Below are positions 1 to 12,199 of a stretch of DNA of 64,000 nt, one piece after another. The translations under genes and the position numbers were made by a program. Under the pieces are notes generated by a model that saw only the letters and a program-made list of their open reading frames with translations, did no database searches and was not told the origin of the DNA. The stretch is from Narcine bancroftii (lineage: Eukaryota). Each line of letters opens with the position of its first letter. The stretch's first letter is position 1. Location: the NCBI RefSeq assembly GCF_036971445.1, contig NC_091470.1, positions 192,820,001 through 192,884,000 of the forward strand. Reading direction: 5' to 3'.

Positions 1-356
1 GATGAGGGAGCCTGTGTTCCAAATGCATTGCAGTAGTGTCCACGCTCATCCCCTGGGGTGCAGAACGAGCTACGGTGAGAGCAGCAGGTTCCTTCCACGG
101 GGACAGATGTGTCACATCAGGACACAAACTCTCTGGGCTGTAATCCCAACCCTCTCTCTCCCCTCCACGAACACTGCTTGACAAACTGAGTCTCCCCTAC
201 AGCGTGGATCATGCTCCAGTTTCGAAACCCTGCGCCTGAACTCCACCACTCGATTCCTTCCTCGCGGGGAGCGGAGACACAGCGCTCTCCCACGGGGTTC
301 AACCGCCCAGTCTGACTGACATCGGCTATGTACAGGCTTTGAACAATCCGTTAGCG

Positions 357-905
357 ACCGCGGGATCTGCGCCCAAGATGGCGGCGCCTGTGATCGGCAG
401 CGGTCACGAGGGGTTGCAGACTCCAGGGGAGTGGAGGACTAGTGCAAGGCACCAGAAAATGTGGAGACCACAACCCCGTTTGAGAAAGGGAAGCAGAGGA
501 GATGACTCACAGGATGGTGACCACGGTGGCGGTGAGGGGTTTCTGTGTCTGGAGAAATACACAAGTGGCGGGCTTGAGGCAAGGAGCCCACGCAGGCTGG
601 GGGCTACGGTCAAGGGACTCACACCAGGCTGCAGGGGGACTAGGTATGGAAACCGGGATGCCGAGGGCACTGAAGGGTCCCTGATTGTGTTAGACGTTTG
701 GATCTCGATCTTGGGCTGTGACAGTTTGGTCTAGACCCCGTGCGGCTCAAGGGAGGCGAATCCACGGACACTCGGTGGGGTCTCTCTTTTGCTTCCTTCT
801 CTCAGGCAATTTCAGCTGATGGCGAATCTACGGCCGACAAAAACAATATCTGTGTAATATTATACTGCCTTTATTACATGACAATAGATTGAATCTTGAA
901 TCAGA
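357..905 (+). mobile_element. Non-autonomous interspersed repeat (AAGATGGCGG head, GAATCTT tail)
   Basis: Shares several blocks and the tail with 50900-51360; related pieces at 14130-14350, 30500-30730, 37087-37400 and 43880-44900. Confidence 0.55.
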
Positions 906-2139
906 AGGGCTTGTAAACACCAACCTTCAGATTCAAGGAGAGCTCGTTCCAGATATTATCAGATGCTGAAATGGACACATGCCTGCTGTGTACACTTTAA
1001 CTCTATCTTCCGTAATACTCAGTGGATATCTCATATCTCAGTGGATGTGTCAATGGGAGAGGTCCAGAGAAGGGGCCCCCACCATGGCAGCTGACTTGCA
1101 GGGCATGCTAATGGCCAGCAGATGGTGGTGATGTGGCACAGGCCGGTGAGCGGAGATTTTGGTTGGACACTGTGGTCTTCATCTGAGTGGACAGGCCTGG
1201 GGGAAGGGGAGGGGGCGGTGGTGGAAGGAGCGCTGGTGGGAAGGGGGCGGGGGGGGAAGGAAAGCCCGTGAAGGGGGGAGGAATGCCGGGGAGGGGGGAG
1301 CTCCAAGGAAAGGAATGCCAGGAGAGAAAGGTGCTCCAGGGGGAGGGGGGGGAACTTCAGGGAAGGTAACTCCAGGAGGGGGGGGGAACTCTGGTAGCAT
1401 GGGGAGGGTGCTCTGGGGGAGGGGAGAGTGCTCTGGACAGGAGTGGGGGGGGGGAAACTCTGGTAGCATGGGGAGGATGCTCTGGGGGAGGGGAGAGTGC
1501 TCTGGACAGGAGTGGGGGGGGCAGGAGGCAGGAAAACTGGTTTGTAGGTGCCCAAGGGATGGGGCTGGAGGGGCAGAATGTTCCCAGACTGTGGCCTGTC
1601 CCAGAACGATGCAGCTGATCCCTGTGCCCAAGAACAAATCTTTAGGAATGCCACTGGCTGCAACAGGCACTGGAAATGTCACTCTCTGGGAACGTCGGAC
1701 ACGGGGAGCGTCGGCCAGAGGAAAAGGTAGTCTCTGGGACTATTGCATACTGAAAATGTCTAGCATGGGTCTGCAGCTCTCCAGGAAGACCCCTGGGCAC
1801 TGGGAATGCCACATTGTGGGAACCACCACACTCACTGCTGTCCACTTTACCCAGGACTGGGGAAACCGGGGGCTGTGCTCCAAGCACATTACCGAGTGGA
1901 GAATACCTCGCCGTTCCTTCACCGTCACTGGGTCAACACCCCGGACTCCCTCCCTGGCACCACGGAGCCATACCACGAGGGGCGCAGTGGCCAATGGGCA
2001 GCACCCACCACCATCACAGCCTCGGACCCCCTGCTCATGCCAAGGTGGCCTCATCCTGTCCCTGCGGAGCCCATATCACTCCCTCTGCCCACTCACTGTT
2101 GCTCGGTCCTGGATGCCCATTCCTTTCCCCGGAGCCCAC

Positions 2140-2370
2140 ACCAGTACTGAACCCCCAGAGCCCAGGCCGGTACTGACCCCCTGGACCCCAGGCCAGTACT
2201 GATCCCCCGGGGCCCAGGCCAGTACTGATTCCCCGGAGCCCAGGCCAGTACCGACCCCCTGGAGCCCAGGCCAGTACTGACCCCCTGGAGCCCAGGCCGG
2301 TACTGATCCCCCAGAGCCCATGCCGATACTGACCCCACTGGATCTTACACTCTGATCCCCCGGAGCCCAG
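2140..2370. repeat. ~29-bp tandem repeat (cccaggccagtactgacccc...)
   Basis: About 7 visible copies. Confidence 0.85.
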
Positions 2371-2444
2371 GGTAATGCCCAACCCTCCCCACGTCAGTGC
2401 CCACACTAGCACTAACCTCCCCCCTCCCCCATGCCCATGCCTAC

Positions 2445-2582
2445 CGTCCAGCGACAGCCAGTCGAGCTGGGAGCTGGGCAGCGCCAGGCTGCCGCGGGCT
2501 CGGTACTCGAACAGCACTGATGCAGACACCAGCCAGGGCTCCTGCCGTGTCACCCACAGACGCACCAGGCCTGCCATGTGAG
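2445..2582 (-). CDS. CAMTA2: CAMTA2 exon 10, end of TIG (AHMAGLV...SASVLFEYRAR...QLDWLSLD); the gene continues beyond the left edge
   Basis: 138 nt, ttcccag acceptor, GTAGGC donor; all ten exon phases chain correctly. Confidence 0.95.
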
Positions 2583-2739
2583 CTGGGAAACAACGGCACC
2601 TGTTAACCAGGAGTCGGCTCTGATCAAGACACTAGGGAAGGCGACAGGGTCAGGGGGCCTGGGTGTGCAGTGTTCGGGGTCAATGACCTGACAGAGGGCA
2701 GGGACAGGGTTCAAGGAAGAAGGGAAGGGGGACAGAGTG

Positions 2740-3512
2740 GTCATGTGATGGGAGGTCGGGGGGGTCATGTGATGGGAGGACTGGGGATCGTGTTGATGGG
2801 AGGAGGGGGGGTTGTGTGATGGGAGGACGGGGGTGTCGTTTGATGGGAGGACAGGGGGGGTCGTGTGATGCGAGGACGGGATGGTTGAGTGATGGGAGGA
2901 CGGGGGGTTCGTGTGATGGGAGCACGGAAGGGTTGTGTGATGGGAGTACAGGGGGGGTCTTGTGATGGGAGGTTGGGGGGGTCGTGTGATGGGAGGTCGG
3001 GGGGTCGTGTGATGGGAGGTCAGGGGTTATGTGATGGAAGGTGTGATGGGAAGACGGGGTGTTGTGTGATGGGAGGACGGGGGTTCGTATGATGTGAGCA
3101 GGGGGTCGTGTGATGGGAGGACGGGGGTGTTATTTGATGGGAGGACAGGGGGGTCGTGTGATGCAAGGCCGGGGTGGTCGAGTGATGGGAGGACGGGGGG
3201 GTCATTTGATGGGAGGACGGGGGAGTCGTGTGATGGGAGGACGGTGGGGTCGTGTGATGGGAGGTCGGTGGGGTCGTGTGATGGGAGGTCGGTGGGGTCG
3301 TGTGATGGGAGGTCGGTGGGGTCGTGTGATGGGAGGTCGGTGGGGTCGTGTGACGGGAGGTCGGTGGGGTCGTGTGATGGGAGGTCGGTGGGGTCGTATG
3401 ATGGGAGGTCGGTGGGGTCGTATGATGGGAGGTCGGTGGGGTCGTATGATGGGAGGTCGGTGGGTCGTGTGATGGGAGGTCTCGGGGGGTCATGTGATGG
3501 GAGGTCGGGGGG
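2740..3512. repeat. 24-bp minisatellite (tcgtgtgatgggaggtcggtgggg)
   Basis: About 30 copies filling most of the intron. Confidence 0.9.
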
Positions 3513-3572
3513 GGGAACGACAGGAGGTGGAAAACAGGGGGACGGGTAGTGTGGAGGGCTGGGTGCACTTAC

Positions 3573-3699
3573 CGGGGCAGTAGCAGCGGAGAACACCAGA
3601 CTGTATGAGTGAAGCTGGCACCGTGATCTGGTCGAAAACGCAGGAGAAACTGTTACTGTTGTCGCCCCAGGGTCCAGTGATCAGCACCTTCACCCCTCC
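3573..3699 (-). CDS. CAMTA2: CAMTA2 exon 9, IPT/TIG domain (GGVKVLITGPW...GVLRCYCP)
   Basis: 127 nt, gacag acceptor, GTAAGT donor. Confidence 0.97.
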
Positions 3700-3984
3700 C
3701 TGTCGGTGAAACCGGGACGTCAGTCGGGCATGGCACTCACTTGTCAGTAATGCCGGTCATTCCCTACCCGGTCACCCACCTCCCCCAGTCGCTCTCCCTA
3801 TCACCCACATCCCCTACCAACTGTGACCCATCATCCACCCACTCCCCCACCCAGTTCCCTTCTTAGCACTAGTGTGTCGGGGTGTAGGTGTGTGTGTGCG
3901 TGTGTATGTCAGGGGTGTAGGTGAGTGTGTGTCGGGGTGTAGGTGAGAGTGTATTTGGCATGTTGGGGAATGTGTCAAATATTG

Positions 3985-5660
3985 AACACTGCAGGAAAGT
4001 ACAGGCCCTTCAGCCCCTCGATGTTGTGCTGAAGAATATATTCATGGCACAAAAAAAACAACCCTCCCTACCCCATAACTCTCTATTTTTCTTTCATCTC
4101 TGGTCTTGTCTTTTAAATGCCCCAATATTCCAGCCTCCACCATCACCCCAGGCAAGGCATTCCAGACACCACAACTCTGTGTAAAAAAAAAAAGTCCCCC
4201 TGACATCGCCTCTAAACTTCCCTCCCTTCACTTTGTACAGACATCCTCTGGTGTTTGCCGATCCCACCCTGGGAAACAGGCGCTGGCCATCCACCCTGTC
4301 TATGAAAATCTTATAGACCTCTAGCAAGTCTCCTCTCATCCTTCTACGCTCAACTAGCCTTGCCTCATAAGATTTATTTTCCAATCCAGACAACAGCACA
4401 GAAAACAGGCCATATAGTCCTTCTGGTCTGTGCTAGCCATTATCCGCTGGTCCCATTGACCTGCTCCCACTCCATAACCCTCCAGACCTCTCCCGCCCAT
4501 GTATCTATCCAATTTATTCTTAAAACCCAAGATCGAGCACACAATCACCACACCAGATGGCAGCCCGTCCCACACTCCCAACACTCTCTGAGGGAAGAAC
4601 TTTCCCCTAATGTTCCCCGTAAAGCTTTCCCCTTTCAGCTTAAAACTATGACCTGTTGTATTATCTCCCCCAATCTGTGGAAAAAGCCTCCTCGCATCAA
4701 TTCTGTCTCTACCTCTCATAATTTTGTAAACTTCCATCAAATCTCCCCTCATTCTTCTTCACTCCAAGGAATAAAATCCCAACCTGCTTAATCTTTCCCT
4801 GTAACTCTACTCCTGAAATCTGGCAACATCCAAGTAAATCTTTTCTGCACTCTTTCAATCTTATTGATATCCTTCCTGTAGTTTGGTGATCCAAATTCTC
4901 CAAATTTGGCCTCACCAATGTCTTAAACAACTTCAACATAACATCCCAACCCCTATACTCAATACTTTGATTTATAAAGGATAAGATGCCAAAGGTTTCT
5001 TTACAATCCTGTCCACCTGTGACACCATGTACCGTGTATGTCCTACCTTGGTTTGCCCTTCCCAAAATGCATCACCTCATATTTGTCTGCATTAAACTCC
5101 ATCTGCCATTTATTGGCCCATTCTCCTAGTTGGACCAGATCCCTCTGCAAGCTTTGAAAGCCTTCCTCACTGTCCACAACGCCTCCAATATTTGTGTCAT
5201 CAGCAAACCTGCTGATCCAATTTCCCACATTATCATCCCTGGGCACACCACTCGCCACAGGCCTCCAGTCTGAGAAGCAACCATCTACTAGCTTCTCCTA
5301 CACAGCCAATTTCAAATCCAGTTTACAACCTCTCAATCTCCCATATGGGATCTTTTCAAAGGCCTTACTAAAGTCCACGTAGTCAACATCCACCGCCTTT
5401 CCTTCATCTACCTTCTTGAAAATCTACAAGATTCATTAAACATCTTGGTCAACCTCCTCTGCCCCCTCTCCATGGCTTCCACATCCTTCCTGTAATGAGG
5501 TGACCAGAACTGAACACAATATTCCAAGGGTGGTCTCACCAGAGGTTTGCAGAGCTCGTCTCTTGGACTCAGTCCCCCGACTAATGAAGCCCATCATACT
5601 GTCAGCCTCCTTCACTATCCTATCAACCTGTGCAGCAACTTGGAGATGTTTGGATTTGGA
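3985..5660 (-). mobile_element. Nested, decayed CR1-type LINE fragments
   Basis: Motifs RRRMRGDLxEVYKI, SRFADDTNIGGVVDSEEG, WQMEFNADK and KLFKTLVRP. Confidence 0.85.
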
Positions 5661-5681
5661 CACCAAGGATCAGGTACTCAC

Positions 5682-7576
5682 CTCTGGGTAGGACCACTCG
5701 GGAGAGAAGTCGGTGATGCACGCGGTCTGGCTGTTCTCTGCACCATTGGAGGAGGCTGCAGGAGTGGCTAGGTCATCGGGGAAGGGCAATGAGCCAGTAG
5801 AGTCCATGGGTTGCAGGGAAGCCTGTTGTGGTGGCGGGGGGCTGTAGGTAGCCAAGGGGCAGGATACCTTGGGGTACTGGCCCAGCACCTCTGCTGCTCG
5901 TCCCAGGCTGTACTGACCGTGGCCCCTGGCGCCCTCTCTGCCGCCGTCCGCCATGAAATCTGGCATCAAGTCGGGGAACTGGCCGTCGAAAATGTCAAAG
6001 TGGTCAATGGCCAGGTCGATGTGATCTGGAGGCACGGGCGCCGAGGACAGGTCACTCTGGATGATGGAGTACAACTCGCTCACGTTGCCACACTGCAGTT
6101 CCGCATCCACCCCATCACCTGCCTCCAACTTGACAGCACTGCTCTGCAGGCTTGCTTTGTTCGCGTCTCCGTTCAACTGCGAGGTGTCCATGGGCGTTTC
6201 TCCCTCCGGGTCCACTGGCCGGATCGGCCCAGGTTCAGGAACGACCGCAGGGTGGAGATGCCCAGGCCCAGATGCAGGGTGAAGAGCCTTGGGCTCAGGC
6301 CTGGCCACAGGGCAGAGATCCATGGGCCCAGCTACAGAGCGGAGAGCCTCAGGCTCCGGGCAGTGATCTCCAGGCCCAGCAATGGAGCCGAGAGCCCCAG
6401 GCTCAGGCCTGGCCACAGGGCAGTGATCCGTGGGCCCAGACACAGGGCTGAGAGCCTCAGCCTCAGGCCCGGCTGCAGCGCCGAGATCCCTTAGCTCATG
6501 TGCAGGCCTACTTGTTTGGCTAAGAGCCCCAGCCCCAATCCCAGTGGTGGGCACCAGTTCCTCCTTCACACTGCTGCTGCCACAGGCCTCCCGGGTCTGC
6601 AGGTCCTCTGGCCCAGAGGGTGCTGCCTCTGACATGCCCGTGCCGTCTTTGCCAGTCTCGGCAGTGAAGTGGTGTGCTGAGGGCAGGGAACCACCTGGCG
6701 CCGTGTGCTGGGGCAAGGCTGTAGAGTAATCTGTGGACGAGGCGTAATCCATGTTCTCCAGTGTAGTAGCTGAGTGGAGGGCAGGAGACCCCATCCGCAC
6801 CTTGGTAGCCCTGGGCAGCATCTGTGAGAAGCTGGATGCAGAGGAGGAGTTCGAGACTCGGTTGTTGGACCGGGACACCTCACTCTCCCTCTTCAGCTCA
6901 GGCAGGCGGAAAGGCCTGGGGATTTGGCCCCTTCCTCCCCCGTACGTCTGGCCCTGTTTCGGGCTGTTCAGGAAGGAGTCGGGGTCAAAGATTTCGGTGT
7001 CCATGTGGGTCTCGGCGGCCTTGGGCAACGCCAGGTCTCCTGCAGAGCCGGGCAGCAGGGCTACGGCAACGGTGGAGGCCTGCGTGGGAGGCGTCACCCC
7101 CTTGTCCAATGCCCCAGCCTGCCCGCTGGTGGTCAGCTGCAGGCTAGGAGTCAGCCCTGGTCCGGCCAAGGGCTCCAGCTTCTCCCTGGTGCCCGCCATC
7201 AAGATCACGGCACCGCGCGGCAGGCAGCAGGCAGCCGTGCCGAGGCCTGGCACACTGGCAACTGGGCCGGGCTGGCGGTGGTTGGAGCAGCCGTTGGCAC
7301 GCCCAGCTGGGGAACGGCGTGAAGCATCGGGGTGGGACGGGAAGCCGGCAGAAGGAGGCTCGCTGCTCCCATTAGTGCAAGGGCCCGCGTTCAGCAGCTT
7401 GGCCGCCCTCTTGTCCTGGAGGCCGGCTTTGCTCTCGCCCTCCACCTTGCCGTCCCCCACCGACAGGTTCTGCACTTCTGTCAGAGCGGAGCAGGGCGTC
7501 AGCCGCACATCGATCTTCGGTGAGATAATCCGGTGCTTGGTGCTGTTACATCTGTGGGGAACAGTCCCAGCGCTGC
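5682..7576 (-). CDS. CAMTA2: CAMTA2 exon 8, large activation-region exon ending at the TIG start (ITDFSPEWSYPE)
   Basis: 1895-nt open exon with HRCNSTKHRIISPK, FDPDSFLNSPKQGQTYGG and ITDFSPEWSYPE; ttccag acceptor, GAG|GTGAGT donor. Confidence 0.95.
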
Positions 7577-8409
7577 CTGGAAAACACCGACAGGCAGCCA
7601 GGTCAGCCACGCCTCAGCAACATCCCCTTCCCAAAGCACTGTGGTGGGCAGTGCAGCTAATATACAGGGAGGCCATTACATCCCATCCCGTCTGTGCTAG
7701 CTTGCACAGTATGTGCAAAGCCCAAGGTTCCCGGCAGCTGAGGCAGGTTGTGTTCGATCCACAAGGCACCTGATGCTGGGGGGGGTCCGGGGTTGGGGCA
7801 GTTGGGAGGTCAAGGCTGGATGCCCTGCTCCCTGGGACAGAGAAGGAGGCAGAATTACTGAACATACTTGTGCAATCGGCAAATTTTTGGACTACAATTC
7901 AAGGCGAAAAAAAAGTGGGGGATGACTTTTAAACAGATCAAACTTTTGACCTTGGGCAGGGCCAGGTAGTAAATGCAGGGTGGGGGTTGGTGGCTGGAGC
8001 ATCGGGAGGTCGGGTGGGAGGGAGGTCGGGGCGTCGGGAGGTTAGACAAGAGGGAGGTCGGGTGTCTGAAGGTCAGACGGGAAGGAGGTCAGGAGGGATG
8101 TTGGGGTGTCAGAAATCGGATGGCAGCGAGGTCGGGAGCTCAGACGGGAGGGAGGTCGGGGCGTTGGATGAAAGGGAGATCGGGGAGTTGGGAGATCAGA
8201 CAGGAGGACGATCGGGGATTAGGGAAATCAGACAGGAGGGAAATCGGGGAGTTGAAAGGGAGGTTGGGGATTTGGACGGGAGGGTGGTTGGGGAGTCGGA
8301 CGGGAGGGCAGTTGGGGAGTCAGACGGGAGGGCGGTCGGGGAGTCGGACTCGATGGTCAGCGTGGGCACAGACGGCCGAAGGGCCTCAGCGACCCTGATC
8401 TTCCCTCGG

Positions 8410-9410
8410 GAGGGAAGCACAAAAGTCCGCAGATGCTGTGACTGTGGTAAAAACACACAGAGATGCTGAAGGAAGCCAGCCGGTCTCGCTGCTGACAATT
8501 CGGGCCTGAGTCCTTTTTTGAGGAAGAAAGCAAAGAACAAGCGGTCATCTGAGGACTGGGGAAAGGGGGTACAGACAGGGGAGAGAAAGGGGGTACAGAC
8601 AGGGGAGAGAAAGGGGGTACAGACTGGGGAGAGAAAGAGGTACAGACTGGGGAGAGAAAGAGGTACAGACTGGGGAGAGAAAGGGGTACAGACTGGGGAA
8701 GAATGGGGAGGGGGAGGAGACCAGACCCACAGACAAAAGGTGTTAATTAGATATGATATGAGGAAAGGTGAGAATTAAGTTTGGCTCTGTGAAAGGAGAT
8801 GGGGAAAAGAGAGAGAGTCAGAGAGATGGGGAAAGGTGACGGGGAAGAAGGAGGTTAATGAAAACCGGAGAATTCTACGTTAATGCCATCCGATTGGAGG
8901 GCGCCCAGACAGAAGATGACATTTCTCCCATTTGCGGGTGGTCACAGTCTTGCAGTGCATGAGATCATAAACAGGCATATCAGTGAGGGAATGAGATGGG
9001 GAATTGAAATGGGCAGCCACTGGGAGATCCACACTGTTGCAGCGGACAGAGCGATGTCCCAGTCTGCGTCCAGTCTCTCCGACATAGAGGAGACCACAGC
9101 AGGAGCACCGGATGCAGCAGGCGACCTCTGCAGATTCACCAGTGAAGTGTCGCTTCACTTGGAGGGGTTGAATGGTGGTGAGGGAGGAGGTGTGGGTGTA
9201 AGTGGAGCAGGTAGGTCCCGAGGGGACGATTGGCGGGAAGGGAAGAAAGTATTCTCCAGTCTCTGACACCTTCCTGTTCTTTGCTCACACCTTGAGAAAG
9301 GGGCTCAGGCCCGAAACGTCAGTAACATATCTTTACCTCCAGTGGACGCTGACGCTGCGAGGCCGGCTGAGATCCTCCAGCATTTACTGTGTGTTTTTAC
9401 CATCTTCCCT
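8410..9410 (-). mobile_element. Penelope-like element fragment with GIY-YIG endonuclease remnant
   Basis: QVKRHFT...CIRCSCCGLLYVGETGRRLG...LPVAAHFNSPSHS, with terminal-repeat-like ggcccgaaacg blocks. Confidence 0.75.
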
Positions 9411-9706
9411 CTAACCCATTCTGCCCCCATTCCCATCAACTCCCCAGATTCCTGGGAGGGGGGGGGGGAAATGCCGGTTCATCCATCCTCCCACCTTTGG
9501 GATGTGGGAAGAAGTAGGATCCCTTGGGGAGGGTGGTGGAACGGAGAACGGCAAACTCCACGCAGACAGTGTGCTGGAGGTCAGAATCAAACTGCGGTTC
9601 GCATGGCGGGTTTGAAGAGCCCACCACCCACCCCGCTCAGGCTCCCCCTCACACAGACTGTTGCACAGATAGACTGGCCCTCGCTGCCAGACAAGAACCC
9701 ACTCAC

Positions 9707-9847
9707 CGAGGCCAGCGTTGCAGAGGCAGGCGTGCGTGCGAGGCTGGGGCTTTGCGTGATGACTCTCCATGACCTGATGGACTAGCTGCTCGATGGAGAA
9801 CTCCGCCACTGTGTTGCAGTTGTCACAATTCCACTTAATGCAGTGGA
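9707..9847 (-). CDS. CAMTA2: CAMTA2 exon 7 (FHCIKWNC...EFSIEQLVHQV...PQPRTHACLC)
   Basis: 141 nt, phase 1-1, ttccag acceptor, GTGAGT donor. Confidence 0.95.
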
Positions 9848-9884
9848 CTGGAATGGAGAGAAGAGTCCGTCAGTGCTCCCCTCG

Positions 9885-10130
9885 CCACGCAGGCCAAGGC
9901 AGGTCAGCCGTACCCATACCCAGGGATGTCCCGCAGGCAGGTCAGCCGTACCCATACCGAGGAATGTCCCGCAGGCAGGGGCAGATCAGCCGTACCCACA
10001 CCCAAGGATGTCCCGCAGGTCGGGGGCAGGTCAGCCTCGTACCCACACCCAGGAATGTCCCGCAGGCCGCAGGCAAGTCAGCCTCATCCATCCCCACACC
10101 CAGGGATGTCCCGCAGGCCGGGGAAAGTCA
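9885..10130. repeat. ~36-42-bp tandem repeat (cagccgtacccacacccagggatgtcccgcagg)
   Basis: 5-6 copies. Confidence 0.8.
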
Positions 10131-10607
10131 GCTTCGCCCCCACCCTCAGGGTTGTCTTCCCCCACCGCCCCCCACTACCAGAGACTTTTCTCCCACCCCC
10201 ATGGACTCCTGCCCCAGACCCCTCTCCTACCACCATTCTACAATATTGGGGGATAAAGGAAATATGGTGGGGTGAAGGGAACGGTTTGATGGGGATATTC
10301 GGGGGAATTGAGGTCAAAGGTGGAGGGCCAGGGTAGGGGTTCAAGGGGATTTTGGGTGTTCGAGGGATGCCAGAATGAGGAGGTCGTCTGGGGTGGGAAG
10401 GAATGATTGGTGTGGTGGGTCAAGGGAGGTCAGTGCAGTGGGTCAAGGGGGTTCAGAGCAGTGGGGTCTGTGTGGTGGGTCACGGGGATCAGTGCGGGGG
10501 GGTGTCGAGGGGAATCGGTGCAGTGGGTCAAGGTGGGGGAAATCATTGGGTTATGGGGATTGGGAGTACGGGCAGCCCTGACCACTGCCCCACTGACACA
10601 CACTCAC

Positions 10608-10761
10608 ACATAGGTTTGAGCTGACAGATGAGCTCCTCCCTGGACCATTTGAGCCACTCCCTGCGGTCACTGCTGCCGGCACTGAGGATGGGACTGCACA
10701 TCTTGCCACAGTCTTCAACATTCGGCACGTTCAGGTAGTGAACCAGCACGATGTCAGGGTT
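10608..10761 (-). CDS. CAMTA2: CAMTA2 exon 6 (NPDIVLVHYLNVP...SDRREWLKWSREELICQLKPM)
   Basis: 154 nt, catag acceptor, GTGAGT donor; SDRREWLKWSREEL is CAMTA2-type. Confidence 0.97.
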
Positions 10762-11404
10762 CTATGGGGAAACACCGCGGGCACAGGTCACAGTCTGCAT
10801 GCACACTGAACACATGGCCGGTCTACAATGCAGGTGAGAGTCACGGACGCCATTTGCGAGGGAGAGTTCACCGCCCTCAATCCCCGCTCCATCCTGAGAT
10901 CCTCTGCATGGGCCTGGGGCTCCACCTTGGAAGGAGAAACCCACAGCTGACCTTAGGTGGGTGAGGTAGGTTAGAAACACATGTTCCTGCTGCCAGTGAA
11001 CACAGGACGCAGGGAATACAGGACTTAATTATGGTTTTTGGATGGCAGCCATGTAACGGCACAATCAAGGAATCTTGCCACTACACGGGCAGTCTGAAAA
11101 GGGAACGTGCAGGAATTTGGAGTCGATTTATCCCATAGGGCCCCTACAACTTTGTGGAGGTAGCCTGCAGTGTAAATTGTACCAGAAAAATTCGTTGTCG
11201 CTCATCTGCTCCACTGCCGTCCAACTCCTGGGTCTGTCGCACTCAGTCTAAAAAAGCGCTCAGTGTGAATGAGCACACGGGCAGTAATTTTTTTCCACTA
11301 TTTTCTCGACATTGCAGTCTAAAAACCATGTGTGTGTACAGGGCCCAGAGCGTTCAGGACTCAGTCAGGAACTCAGTCATGTGCAATGGTTAACATCTGA
11401 TATT

Positions 11405-11615
11405 CAGCACAGTTAGGGTAGCAATTAATGCAAAGCTGTTTCAGCGCCAGCAACTGGAGTTCCAATCCACGCTGTCTGTAAGGAGTTTGTACGTTCTCCC
11501 CATGTCTGCATGGGGTGGGGGGGGGGGGGTGCTCCCACTGTTCAAAATGTACGTGGGGTTGTAGATTAATTGGGCAGCACTAACTCGTGGGGCAGAAGGG
11601 CTACATTCAACTAAA
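11405..11615 (+). mobile_element. SINE (family also at ~13935, 29070, 31115, 33805, 39730, 39975, 45120, 46570, 51400)
   Basis: Recurrent core ctgtctgtaaggagtttgtacgttctcccc...taattggg...gggccgaaagggcctg. Confidence 0.75.
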
Positions 11616-11627
11616 TTAGATTCCTAC

Positions 11628-11699
11628 CTGGAGAAGCCAGTAGCACCTGCGGTGGAATGTGGGAACGATTGAAGAGTGCACATAGCAACCATACAGACA
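11628..11699 (-). CDS. CAMTA2: CAMTA2 exon 5, CG-1 domain (CLYGCYVHSSIVPTFHRRCYWLLQ)
   Basis: 72 nt, AG/GT bounded, near-invariant CG-1 motif; not in the ORF track. Confidence 0.97.
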
Positions 11700-12199
11700 C
11701 TGCAGAAAGAGGCGGGGAGAGGGTTAGTGTATGTTAAAGCCAGAGCCCTCCCAGCTCCCCCCATCCCATCCCCATCAGTCCCAAAGCACGGCGATGCACT
11801 CTCGCCTCCGGGCCAGAGGGATACCGCACTGCCCTCCATCCCCGCTCCATCCTGAGATCCTCCAACCGGGCCTGGGGCTCCACCGTGGAAGGTGAAACCC
11901 ACGGCTGACCCTAGGTGGGTGAGGTAGGTGTCCCACACAGCAGGAGGGAGCCTCTTACCTCTGCTCCTCCCCCTGTGAGTGTGGTCACAGCCGAACCTCC
12001 CGCTCCCCCCCCACGTCCTCCTGATACCCTCCCTCCTGTCGATGGTGGGGGAGAGAGACTGACCAATCTCTGCATGGGCACTGCCCTGTGATCAGGGAGT
12101 GGAAGGAATCCCCTGTATTCTGCTGGACTTTGCCCTTTATCTCAGCTGAACAGCAGAAGCCAAGCAGACGTTGCCCAGTCTCCCCGGCAGTGACCAGTT

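Noticed and set aside
1031-2202. Proline- and glycine-rich ORFs (210, 167 and 347 aa)
   Set aside because: The sequence is G-rich and low-complexity with a 60-bp duplication, and shows no similarity to the next expected CAMTA exon (DNQFRMSILERLE). It is possibly a decayed Tx1 ORF1, but too weak to call.
5811-7773. Plus-strand 227- and 340-aa ORFs
   Set aside because: They are antisense shadows of the GC-rich CAMTA2 exon 8.
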